Positions 9,638-18,696 of a stretch of DNA of 64,000 nt are shown here, piece by piece (within the stretch, counting starts at the first letter, position 1; every line of letters begins with the position of its first letter). Below the pieces are notes generated by a model. That model was not told where the DNA came from, did not search any database, and saw only the letters and a list, made by a program, of their open reading frames with translations. Origin of the DNA: Planctomycetota bacterium (lineage in GTDB: Bacteria > Planctomycetota > Phycisphaerae > WQYP01). The stretch is from the NCBI GenBank assembly GCA_021808485.1, contig JAKBBN010000002.1, forward strand, positions 1,369 through 65,368. The letters run 5' to 3'. The position numbers and the translations under genes were made by a program.

Positions 9638-10618
9638 ATGATGGATGAAGCAACCAATCAAGCTGACCCGCCCCTTGCCGCCTGCCTGGCCATCGCCGGT
9701 GTCGGACTACTTGGAGCCTCGCTCGGCCTGGCGCTTAAGGAGCGCAAACTTTGCCGCCGCGTTATCGGCATAGGCCGCGCGGATTCGCCGTCCCTCGCGC
9801 AAGCCCGGGAAATAGGCGCGATTGATGAAGGTTTTACGGATCCGCAAGCCGCCGCGGAGGCGCAAATTGTGGTTCTGGCGACGAATGTGGGACTGTTTCC
9901 CGATCTTATGCGGCGCATGGGGCCGGTGCTGGCCCCCGGCACCCTGGTCACAGACGTAGGCTCCACCAAAGTGCAGGTTATGCGGTGGGCCGCCAGATAT
10001 CTGCCCGCGGCGGTGGATTTCATCGGTTCCCATCCCATGGCCGGTTCGGAAAAACGCGGCCCGCTGGCCGCAAAACCGGATCTGTTCAACAATGCGATCT
10101 GTTTGCTCTGTCCGCCGCCGGCGCGCGGCCGCGGCCGCGGCACGCCGGCGCGCATTCATGCCGCCATGACCCGCACCCAATCCATGTGGCGGAATATCGG
10201 CATGCAAACGCGGCAACTCCCCCCTGAAGCCCATGACGCATGGGTTGCCGCCATCAGCCATTTGCCGCATGCCGCGGCGATGGCCGTTGTACTGAGTGCC
10301 GCACGCACGCCGGATGCATTCCCCGCCGTCGCCGGCGGTTTTTTGGATACCACCCGTATTGCCGGTGGTGACGCCGCGATGTGGGCGGATATATTTCTCA
10401 CTAACCGCGGGCCGGTTCGCCGTGAAATCGGCAACATCATCCGCGAACTCAAGCAGTTGCAGGCCGCCATTGCCGGCAATGATCGGCCGAAAGTGCTGGC
10501 CATGCTGGAACAGGCCCGCGAAATGCGCGGCCGGATCGCCGCGGCGCGGGCCGCCGCCAAATTGCCCGCCGGCGCCGCACCGGCCTCCAGCCCGGCGGGA
10601 GCACAAGGGGATTTATAA
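9638..10618 (+). CDS. tyrA: prephenate/arogenate dehydrogenase
   Basis: GVGLLGASL, TDVGSTK, GSHPMAGSE, HD...AAISHLPH, DTTRIA, MWADIF. Confidence 0.93.
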   Translation: MMDEATNQADPPLAACLAIAGVGLLGASLGLALKERKLCRRVIGIGRADSPSLAQAREIGAIDEGFTDPQAAAEAQIVVLATNVGLFPDLMRRMGPVLAPGTLVTDVGSTKVQVMRWAARYLPAAVDFIGSHPMAGSEKRGPLAAKPDLFNNAICLLCPPPARGRGRGTPARIHAAMTRTQSMWRNIGMQTRQLPPEAHDAWVAAISHLPHAAAMAVVLSAARTPDAFPAVAGGFLDTTRIAGGDAAMWADIFLTNRGPVRREIGNIIRELKQLQAAIAGNDRPKVLAMLEQAREMRGRIAAARAAAKLPAGAAPASSPAGAQGDL

Positions 10619-10803
10619 GCGGGCCGTCATCGCGCATAATAGCTGCTTGCAATGGCTGCCGGGGAGGCGGCCTGAAGACCGCGGACAGTATTTTGCGGGA
10701 TACAGGGCAGGCCGGGGGATTACGTAACTCCCGGTGGCGACGGAATGTTGATATCGCCGCCGGACAGGATCATCACCGGCTGCGAGATTCGGAGATTGGT
10801 TGC

Positions 10804-13770
10804 ATGGCAGTATTTCGTGTTGAAATTCATCCGCGGAACCCCGCGGATGATCCCTCCGGCGCAGCGCTGATGAACGAAATTCACCAATTGGGAATTTCCG
10901 GTGTTGAGCAGGTTCGCACCGCCCGGCTCTTTTTGATCCAGGGGACAATCGACTCCACGGACGCCCTGTCCACGTTGCAGGTGCAGCGCATCGCCGATGA
11001 ACTTCTCGCCGATCCGGTAACGGAAAAAGCGGTGCTTGGAACCGCCGATTCGCATGATGGAAAAGTGGTGGAAGTGCATTTGAAACCTGGGGTTATGGAC
11101 CCGGTCGCCGCCAGCACCGAAATGGCCATCGCCGATCTGCTGGGTTCACCGCGCAATTCGGCCCGGCTGCCCGCCCAGGTGCGCACCGGAAGACAGTACA
11201 TTCTCCGCGGCAGTCTGGATGAAAAAGCGGCCGCTGAACTCGCCGACCGGCTGCTGGCCAATGACAGTATTGAGGAAATTCACTTCGCGCCCTTTTGCCC
11301 CGCGCAGTTTCCCGCCGGCCGCGAATACGAATTCAAACGCATTGAAGCGCCCATCTGCAATTTATCCGCCGATGAACTCGCTCGGCTTTCGCGCCGCGGC
11401 CACCTGTTTCTTGATACGGCGGAAATGCAGGCCATCCAGGATTATTTTCGCCGGCAGGGTCGGGAGCCGACGGATGTGGAGCTTGAAACCCTCGCGCAGA
11501 CCTGGAGCGAGCATTGCGTTCATAAAACGCTCAAGGCCAGGATCCGGTTCACCCATCATCCCGCGCAGACGGGCAATTGCGGCCATGAACACCATGCGCC
11601 CGGGGATCATGCTGAAACCATCGATAATCTTGTGAAATCCACGATTTTTCGTGCCACCAGCGAACTTAACCTCGATTGGACGCTCAGCGTGTTCAAGGAC
11701 AATGCCGGGGTCATCGCCCTGGATGACCGCCATGCCGTGTGCATGAAGGTGGAAACGCACAACCGGCCATCGGCGATTGAACCCTACGGCGGAGCGGCCA
11801 CCGGCATCGGCGGATGCATCCGCGATGTGATCGGAACCGGCGGCGGGGCAAAGCCCTTCGCCGCCACGGATATTTTCTGCTTTGCCGATCCGCAAACGCC
11901 GCTGGACAAAGTTCCCGCCGGTGTTATTCATCCCCGGCGCACCGCCCAGCGCGTGGTGGCCGGCGTACGGGATTACGGCAACCGCATGGGTATTCCCACG
12001 GTGAACGGCGCGGTCTATTTTGATCAGCGTTATATCGGCAATCCCCTTGTTTTTTGCGGCGCCGTCGGCATTCTTCCGCGGCATCTCGCCGCCAAAGGCG
12101 CTGCCAAACCCGGGGATCGTATCATTCTTGTGGGCGGGCGCACCGGACGCGATGGTATTCACGGGGCCACATTTTCCAGCGACGTAATTACCGACAAGCA
12201 TGGGGATGAATTCAGCCATGCCGTTCAGATCGGCAATGCCATAACCGAAAAAAAGATGCTGGACGTTATTTTGCAGGCCCGCGATATGCCCGAAGGGCCG
12301 CTGTTTAACGCCATTACCGACTGCGGCGCCGGCGGACTTTCCAGCGCCATCGGTGAAATGGGCGAAAAAACCGGCGCGGTCGTGGAATTGGACCGCGCTC
12401 CGCTTAAATACCAGGGCCTTACCTATGCCGAAATCTGGATCAGTGAAGCCCAGGAACGCATGATCCTGGCCGTTGACCCGGCAAAAGTCCCCGCCCTGTT
12501 GAACCTCGCCGCCATGGAAGATGTTGAGGCGGTTGATATCGGCGAATTTGACGGATTGGGCCGCCTGACACTGCATTATCAGGGCCATACGGTGGCGGAT
12601 TTGGATATGGCCTTTGTGCATGACGGCCTTCCGCGGCCCACACGCACCGCCGTCTGGCAGGAACCGGTGCTCGCGGACCCGGTGCTGCCCCCGCTGCAGG
12701 ATTATGCGGCGGTTCTTGAATCACTTTTTGCCATGCCCTCTCTCGCCGCCAAGCACTGGATCATCCGTCAATATGATCATGAAGTGCAGGGCGCAACCGT
12801 CATCAAACCCCTCGTCGGACCGCAACAGGACGGCCCATCGGACGCCGCGGTGCTGCGCCCCGTACCGGATTCCAGCCGCGGCGTGGCCCTGGCCGTGGGC
12901 TGCCAGCCGTTGTTCGGCGATATTGATCCGTATCAGATGGCGCTCAACGGCCTGGATGAGGCGCTGCGAAATGTGGTATGTGTCGGCGGTGATCCGGCAC
13001 TCACGGCCGTCCTGGATAATTTCTGCTGGCCCAAATGTTCCGATCCCATGCATCTGGGGGCTTTGGTCCGGGCCTGTCAGGCCTGCTACGACGGCGCCAT
13101 GGCGTTTCGCACCCCGTTTATTTCCGGTAAAGATTCCTTGTCCAATGAATTTATCACGGATACCGGTCGGCGCATCTGCATTCCCTACACCCTGCTGATC
13201 AGCGCTATCAGCATTGTGCCGGACATCCGCCGCTGCATCACCATGGATGCCAAAGCCGCCGGAAATCATCTGATCATCGTGGGAAATACGGCGCGCGAAC
13301 TGGGCGGATCGTTTTACTGGCACTCCCGCGGGCATACCGGCCGCAGCGTTCCGAAAGTGGATCTTGCATCCGCTCCCGGCGTGCACGCCGCCGTCGCCGC
13401 GCTTATTTCCCGCGGGCTGGTCGCTTCCGCTCATGATCTTTCGGAAGGCGGACTGGCCGTGGCCGTAACCGAAATGCTGTTCGCCGGAAGGCTTGGCGCA
13501 ACCGTTGACCTCGCGGCGGTTCCCTGCACCGAAGACGCGGACAGTGACGAGGTCCTGCTTTTTGCCGAATCCGCCACGCGCTATATCCTGGAAGTAACCC
13601 CGGAACATTTTGACGCGGTGGTTAAATCACTCCGCGGCCATCGTTTCGGCCTGTTGGGACAGATAACCGCCAAACCACACCTGGTTATCCGCTCCGCACA
13701 CGCCGGATTCCTGATGGACGAACCGGTGGAGCGATTCCGGCTGGCCTGGATGAGCCCCTTAAACTGGTAA
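10804..13770 (+). CDS. purL: FGAM synthase PurL with N-terminal PurS-like region and no glutaminase domain
   Basis: QTWSEHCVHK, KVETHNRPSAIEPYGGAATGIGG, TGRDGIHGATFSS, DCGAGG, SEAQERM, QYDHEV, SGKDSL, HDLSEGG. Confidence 0.96.
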   Translation: MAVFRVEIHPRNPADDPSGAALMNEIHQLGISGVEQVRTARLFLIQGTIDSTDALSTLQVQRIADELLADPVTEKAVLGTADSHDGKVVEVHLKPGVMDPVAASTEMAIADLLGSPRNSARLPAQVRTGRQYILRGSLDEKAAAELADRLLANDSIEEIHFAPFCPAQFPAGREYEFKRIEAPICNLSADELARLSRRGHLFLDTAEMQAIQDYFRRQGREPTDVELETLAQTWSEHCVHKTLKARIRFTHHPAQTGNCGHEHHAPGDHAETIDNLVKSTIFRATSELNLDWTLSVFKDNAGVIALDDRHAVCMKVETHNRPSAIEPYGGAATGIGGCIRDVIGTGGGAKPFAATDIFCFADPQTPLDKVPAGVIHPRRTAQRVVAGVRDYGNRMGIPTVNGAVYFDQRYIGNPLVFCGAVGILPRHLAAKGAAKPGDRIILVGGRTGRDGIHGATFSSDVITDKHGDEFSHAVQIGNAITEKKMLDVILQARDMPEGPLFNAITDCGAGGLSSAIGEMGEKTGAVVELDRAPLKYQGLTYAEIWISEAQERMILAVDPAKVPALLNLAAMEDVEAVDIGEFDGLGRLTLHYQGHTVADLDMAFVHDGLPRPTRTAVWQEPVLADPVLPPLQDYAAVLESLFAMPSLAAKHWIIRQYDHEVQGATVIKPLVGPQQDGPSDAAVLRPVPDSSRGVALAVGCQPLFGDIDPYQMALNGLDEALRNVVCVGGDPALTAVLDNFCWPKCSDPMHLGALVRACQACYDGAMAFRTPFISGKDSLSNEFITDTGRRICIPYTLLISAISIVPDIRRCITMDAKAAGNHLIIVGNTARELGGSFYWHSRGHTGRSVPKVDLASAPGVHAAVAALISRGLVASAHDLSEGGLAVAVTEMLFAGRLGATVDLAAVPCTEDADSDEVLLFAESATRYILEVTPEHFDAVVKSLRGHRFGLLGQITAKPHLVIRSAHAGFLMDEPVERFRLAWMSPLNW

Positions 13771-13795
13771 GCGCTCGGCACGGCTCACCCGCGAA

Positions 13796-14701
13796 TCAGG
13801 TTCCGCTGCCGACGTTTCCCTGCCCCTGCAGGCCCATAATTTTTACAATAGCGGCGCTTCGTGATGTAACGCCCAGAATTTCAAGGATATTTTCCACGTG
13901 CTTTTCCACCGTGCGGCGGCTTAAATGCAGTTCCGCGGCAATCTCCACCGTCGCCCGTCCCCGTAAAATATGCCCCATCACCTGTGCCTGGCGCGGCGAA
14001 AGCCCCAGCGCCGCAAGATGGCCCGCATCCGCCGGATCCCGGACAGGCGCCGCCTGCAGCATATACCGCTCGCCACCCAATAACGCCCGCAATTGCAAGG
14101 TCAGCCGACCGCTCATCGTCTGCAGCGTGTCTTGCATCTGCCCGCCCTCCGCCGCTACCGCGGCAATTGCGTTTTGAACCCACGTTCTTATCGCCGGCGG
14201 CAATACGCATTCAACGCCGGATTGCGATCGCAATTTAAGAATCTCCATCGCGCGGTCATTGATATAACTGATCGCGGCATCCGGCCGCACCACCACCAAG
14301 CCCAAATCCAGTGAATTCACCATATTCTGGAATTCCAGCAGATTGCTGACCAGGTCCTGGTTTGTCCGCACATGTTGCCACATTCGGCTGACATGCGGCT
14401 CCATGGCATTGAGCACATCCCGGCCGTACGCCGCCGCACGCCGGTCACCGAGCCGCCGCAGAATATACGCCCTGGCCTGATCCCACTCCACAGGTGTGTG
14501 CACATTGGCCTCCGGATGGTCCCTCCCGGCGTCAATCTCGCCGCGCAGGCGCTCGCCGGCCGCCGGTTCCGCCTTCATGGATCGCCGCTTCCAGGGCGGA
14601 CTTGTGCGAACCGTCGACATGGCGGACACATGCACTTGCACCATGGTTTCAAGAAGACAAAACAGATCACGTGGATTCAGTGGAATCATCGGAACAATCA
14701 C
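13796..14701 (-). CDS. LuxR/CsgD-type HTH regulator with PAS-like segment
   Basis: C-terminal LSPRQAQVM...G....EIAAELHLSRRTVEKHVENILEILGVTSR; start uncertain. Confidence 0.85.
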   Translation of the reverse strand: MIVPMIPLNPRDLFCLLETMVQVHVSAMSTVRTSPPWKRRSMKAEPAAGERLRGEIDAGRDHPEANVHTPVEWDQARAYILRRLGDRRAAAYGRDVLNAMEPHVSRMWQHVRTNQDLVSNLLEFQNMVNSLDLGLVVVRPDAAISYINDRAMEILKLRSQSGVECVLPPAIRTWVQNAIAAVAAEGGQMQDTLQTMSGRLTLQLRALLGGERYMLQAAPVRDPADAGHLAALGLSPRQAQVMGHILRGRATVEIAAELHLSRRTVEKHVENILEILGVTSRSAAIVKIMGLQGQGNVGSGT

Positions 14702-15002
14702 GACTATTTGTACAAGCCGGGGAACTTACCGCAATTACCGCAGTCGCGGGCAAATCCAGCCCGGGCCAGCTTGTTGTATTATACATCAACACAGTTGCCG
14801 CAACATGCCGGGCGGTTTTTTACTGGAAACCCGGCGGCCGATCGGTCAGGCGGCCGCAGCACCGGCCGTGGCTTTGGCAATAATGATGCGATTGTGTTTC
14901 GCAAAAACGCGAATGCGGGGCAGCCGCGGGAAAAATCCGATCGCCTGCCGCAGCAATACCGGCCAGGCCGATGGCAGCCGAAATCATCCGATCCAATTGT
15001 TA

Positions 15003-15854
15003 TCATGCCAAGGAGGCCAGTGGAATCGCCGCCTTCAGCAGATCATCCATGGTGTATTGCCGGTTGAGCATCAGCGGCAGAATGGCGCCATGATTATGCG
15101 ACGAATCCACGATGAGCATATTCTTGCCCAGTGTGCCAAACCCCGTGTCCTGCCCCTGGTGTCCGCATATAAAAAGGTCCGCCCACCAGAGCTTGCCAAG
15201 CTGGGCCAGCAGGTCCGATGTCTGGAACCGGCCCCAGCACATTTTATAAACGGATCCCCCGCGCAGATAATCCGTCAGCGTCAGTTTGCGCTTCACAATT
15301 CCGGGATCAAAGTCATCCATATCGCGCACACCCGGCAGCGAATGACTTAAAAATATCCCCGACGCCGTGATGCCGGCCAGCGGCATGGAGAATACAAACT
15401 GCTTGAATGCCGCCAATACATTGACTCCTTGCGGCCCGTAAAAGGCGGTAAATGAACGGGTGAAGCGGTCGGTCAAATCGTAACCGTCTTTTAAAATAGG
15501 CACGCCCGTCACCTGGGCGACATCATGGTTGGCCAATATGAAATGAACCTGCCCCGGAAACTGCAGCGCCCAGTCCGCGGCATCCAGCACCAGTTCAATG
15601 CTGGTGTCTTCCCCGTCCGGACCCAGCGCTCCACCATGAATCATTTCCTGGAGGATAACGTGCCGCTGCGGAAAATTTTCCAGGGCGGCGAAGTTGACGA
15701 TCCGCTCAAAATTCCGGCGGTGATTATGCAGGTCCGCCGTCACCACCAATTCACCCTCGGAGGGGAAATGCAGCAGGTTGCCGTTACGCAGCGGATTAAA
15801 CTGATTGATCTCGGCTGCCTGTGTGAGAATATCGATAACTTGTCGGGATGACAT
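15003..15854 (-). CDS. calcineurin-like metallophosphoesterase
   Basis: ADLH, QEMIHGG (in place of GDxxDRG), ANHD, SHS, CGHQ; GAGG-type RBS before ATG 15854. Confidence 0.85.
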   Translation of the reverse strand: MSSRQVIDILTQAAEINQFNPLRNGNLLHFPSEGELVVTADLHNHRRNFERIVNFAALENFPQRHVILQEMIHGGALGPDGEDTSIELVLDAADWALQFPGQVHFILANHDVAQVTGVPILKDGYDLTDRFTRSFTAFYGPQGVNVLAAFKQFVFSMPLAGITASGIFLSHSLPGVRDMDDFDPGIVKRKLTLTDYLRGGSVYKMCWGRFQTSDLLAQLGKLWWADLFICGHQGQDTGFGTLGKNMLIVDSSHNHGAILPLMLNRQYTMDDLLKAAIPLASLA

Positions 15855-15956
15855 AATTCTTCCAGTTCCTCGGCAGTCGCACGCAACCGCACCCATCTAT
15901 ATCGGATATATCGGACGAATCAAGCCGATAAAATCAGGCGGGTATTCGGACCTTAT

Positions 15957-16859
15957 TCAAGTCACGGTGTCCGCATCCGCGTTGGATTCGGGCGTTTCCG
16001 GGGTTTCAGCCGGTTTTGGACCATTCTGGCCCAGCAGAATGCTGGCGGTCATGCTTTGCACAAGCTCCAGGCGGTGGTAAACGTCGTCCATATTGGGCGG
16101 CCTGTTGGACGGACGATTCTCCACACAGTCCAGAATCAGTCGGGAAAAAGCCGCTGGAATACGTGGATTCAACTCGCTTGGCGGAATAAGCGTTCGAGAA
16201 TCCACATTGGCCACGGAAGTTTTCTTTTTGGGGATTACCGTCGGCACATGCCGATCGGTAACACACCAGTAAAGAGTGGCGCCAAAATTGAAAATATCCG
16301 TCGCCGGGGTCAGCGGACCAAGGGCCACCTGCTCCGGGGCGATATAGTCCGGCGTGCCTTGAATGCGGCTCTTTACCGTGCCGATGGCGCAGCTTTGGCC
16401 AAAATCAATGATTTTGCATTGAGTCTCGCTGTTGACCAGAATATTGTTCGGCTTAATATCCGCATGCACGTAGCCCATTTTATGCATAACTCCCAGGCCC
16501 TGTGCCACCTGGCATGCAATGTGAATCAAAGCTTGAAGGCTTTCCGGTCGCGTCGAATCCAGTGAAGACCCGTCAAACATATCCATCAACAGATGCAGTT
16601 CAGACACGGTCATAAATTTTCTTTTGCGTATCATTCGATGGCTTTTACGCAAAACAGGATGACTGAACTGGCTGCTGATGGCATATTCCTGCTCGGCCTG
16701 CTCCAAAAAGCGGTCATCCTCCGCAGTACGACGAAGCACACGCTTCAGCGCATAAATTTGACGCGTGCGTTCTTCACAGACCGCGTAGATCGTACTCCGT
16801 GCCCCGTAACCAAGACAGGATATGACTTCAAAATCCGGAATATCGGGTAATATTTCCAT
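15957..16859 (-). CDS. soluble Hanks-type Ser/Thr protein kinase (non-RD)
   Basis: LGYGARS, YALK, HADIKPNN, IIDFG, GTPDYIAPE, DIFNFG; no TM or sensor domain. Confidence 0.93.
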   Translation of the reverse strand: MEILPDIPDFEVISCLGYGARSTIYAVCEERTRQIYALKRVLRRTAEDDRFLEQAEQEYAISSQFSHPVLRKSHRMIRKRKFMTVSELHLLMDMFDGSSLDSTRPESLQALIHIACQVAQGLGVMHKMGYVHADIKPNNILVNSETQCKIIDFGQSCAIGTVKSRIQGTPDYIAPEQVALGPLTPATDIFNFGATLYWCVTDRHVPTVIPKKKTSVANVDSRTLIPPSELNPRIPAAFSRLILDCVENRPSNRPPNMDDVYHRLELVQSMTASILLGQNGPKPAETPETPESNADADTVT

Positions 16860-17083
16860 TAAGCTTTCCGCTAATCATCTTCCCACCAGCCGGTTGCAGC
16901 CAACATCCGACCCTCTCTGCATAATCGGCAAACAATATACATCACAACAGGCACTTTGTCAGAGCCTGTAGATGTATATTCCAAAATATAAAATTGCGGA
17001 TAAATTTGGCAGGAATAACCGCTTACAGCAACTTTCGCGCCCCGAATGCGCGAATTGCACACGGACGGAATGTCGCAAAAGCG

Positions 17084-17812
17084 TTAATATCGATCCAGCA
17101 TGGCGTAAAACGCCCGGCTGAAGGCAGACTGATTGGCCGTAACGGGCTTTCCGCCCGTGACACTCGGACTCCACTGAAACTTAACACGAGAATCCGGTAT
17201 ATTCAGCCGCACTTGCAGAGAGCGAACTAACCGCACCAGCGAACGAACCTGGCTTCCGGTAAATGGACGACGATTGATATTTCCGATCAGGCAAACGCCG
17301 ACAGCATTGGCATAGGGCGAATAAAAATGATGATTAAAATGAGGCCATGAAAAGAAAGGTGCAGTGGAAAACTGTTCCTTCCAAGCCGTGCCAACCTCAA
17401 CGTTGCCGTCCGGTCTGTGGATTCCGTTGGCGGCATTGTCCACCACGAAATGAAAATCAACACCCAAACCCGGCTGGGTCACTCTGTTTCCTGCGCCAAC
17501 ACCTCCAATCATCTGGCCGGTGGCCAAATCAGACGAATTGCCGGATAGGCCTCCAGACTGGTAAATGATGATATAGTCCCAACGACGGGGAGGCAACGGT
17601 GCAGCGGTCTTTAACAGCCGACTTAGATTCTGGTTGGAAATGGTGGCACTGAGCATGTACGGGCGCGACCAATGCACAGGGCGCCCGCCCGCCACAGCCA
17701 GCACCGCCACTGTAAGAGTCAATGTGACAACCAGTGCGCCCAGCACATAAATCACCCGATGAATGTCCACCGGTTTTTTCGCAGGACTTTTTTTGTTTGC
17801 CGTAACAGCCAT
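17084..17812 (-). CDS. membrane-anchored Amidase_2/PGRP-like protein with Zn ligands lost
   Basis: N-terminal TM; WDYIIIYQSG, DFHFVVDN, DGNVEVG..WKEQ, VGVCLIGN, Q..SL..LV..LQ..LNIP...V. Confidence 0.8.
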   Translation of the reverse strand: MAVTANKKSPAKKPVDIHRVIYVLGALVVTLTLTVAVLAVAGGRPVHWSRPYMLSATISNQNLSRLLKTAAPLPPRRWDYIIIYQSGGLSGNSSDLATGQMIGGVGAGNRVTQPGLGVDFHFVVDNAANGIHRPDGNVEVGTAWKEQFSTAPFFSWPHFNHHFYSPYANAVGVCLIGNINRRPFTGSQVRSLVRLVRSLQVRLNIPDSRVKFQWSPSVTGGKPVTANQSAFSRAFYAMLDRY

Positions 17813-17971
17813 GTTAAAACCAAGAAATTAAGCCGTGTAAATGCTGCTCACATTACGTATTTCACGCCTGACCCAACCGGTCATCAAAAGCATATATCGG
17901 ACCGGGAGACGTAAAAAAACAACTTTTTTCGTAAATTTAAGTCAATTTACGACCATTGTACCAGCCAGACA

Positions 17972-18000
17972 CAACCGGCGGGCCAACCGGCGGGCCAACC
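17972..18000 (+). repeat. 12-nt direct repeat x2.4
   Basis: caaccggcgggc caaccggcgggc caacc. Confidence 0.8.
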
Positions 18001-18696
18001 TGTTTTGCAGCGCATCGCCGCCGATCTGTTTGGATGACGCCCCGGCCTGCCGCGCCGCATCATAATATAGATGCCAAACGCCTCAATCCAAGACTTTACT
18101 GAAGATACCGATTACTGGATCAGAAATCAAATTTTCATATGAATTAAGGCAATTATTTTCAATTTTGTGTCAATTCAAACATCTGGAACAGGCCAACGAT
18201 GGCAACAATACCCCGAATTGTCGGCTAAAGAGCCGTTTTTAATAAATTTCACGAGGGACGCAATACCCGCAAAATTCCCCTCTCAATTTCATATATTTAC
18301 GTATTTTTAGAGCTTCCAGGGGGCATTTTCTGTAATTCGACTCACCAATTTTCATTAAATTCGTCGATTTGTAACACAAGTCGTACTCACCGACCGCAAC
18401 TGCCGTACAATGATATGAGTCGGCAGTTCGGTCGGAAGGACTGATAATATCGGATGGATTGCCGCGTTATGCCGATAATCGGGCAAGCTTGGCGGCCATC
18501 GCCTTTGACAGCCGCAGCCGTCGGCAGCACAATAAAGGATTATTGCCCCCTTTGTCCGGGTCAGTAACTTTTGAAGCAATCACATGCGCGGCAACGCGGA
18601 CGAAGTTATCGGGCGATAGTTGGTCTCATCCAGAGAAGGCACAGGAATTGTCGCGGCCGGGCGGACCGACTGCAATTGATACCGGAGGATGGATCC

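Noticed and set aside
10620-10803. Known purine-related riboswitch (ZTP, purine, ykkC-type)
   Set aside because: Consensus core nucleotides not found
11362-12621. Long antisense ORFs (also 5842..6957, 29458..30711, 35324..36727, 36785..38080, 38995..40383, 41191..42297)
   Set aside because: Shadow frames of well-supported genes in high-GC DNA, with no motifs
17813-18696. Replication origin
   Set aside because: AT-rich, but I saw no DnaA boxes (TTATCCACA-like) and there is no dnaA/dnaN context
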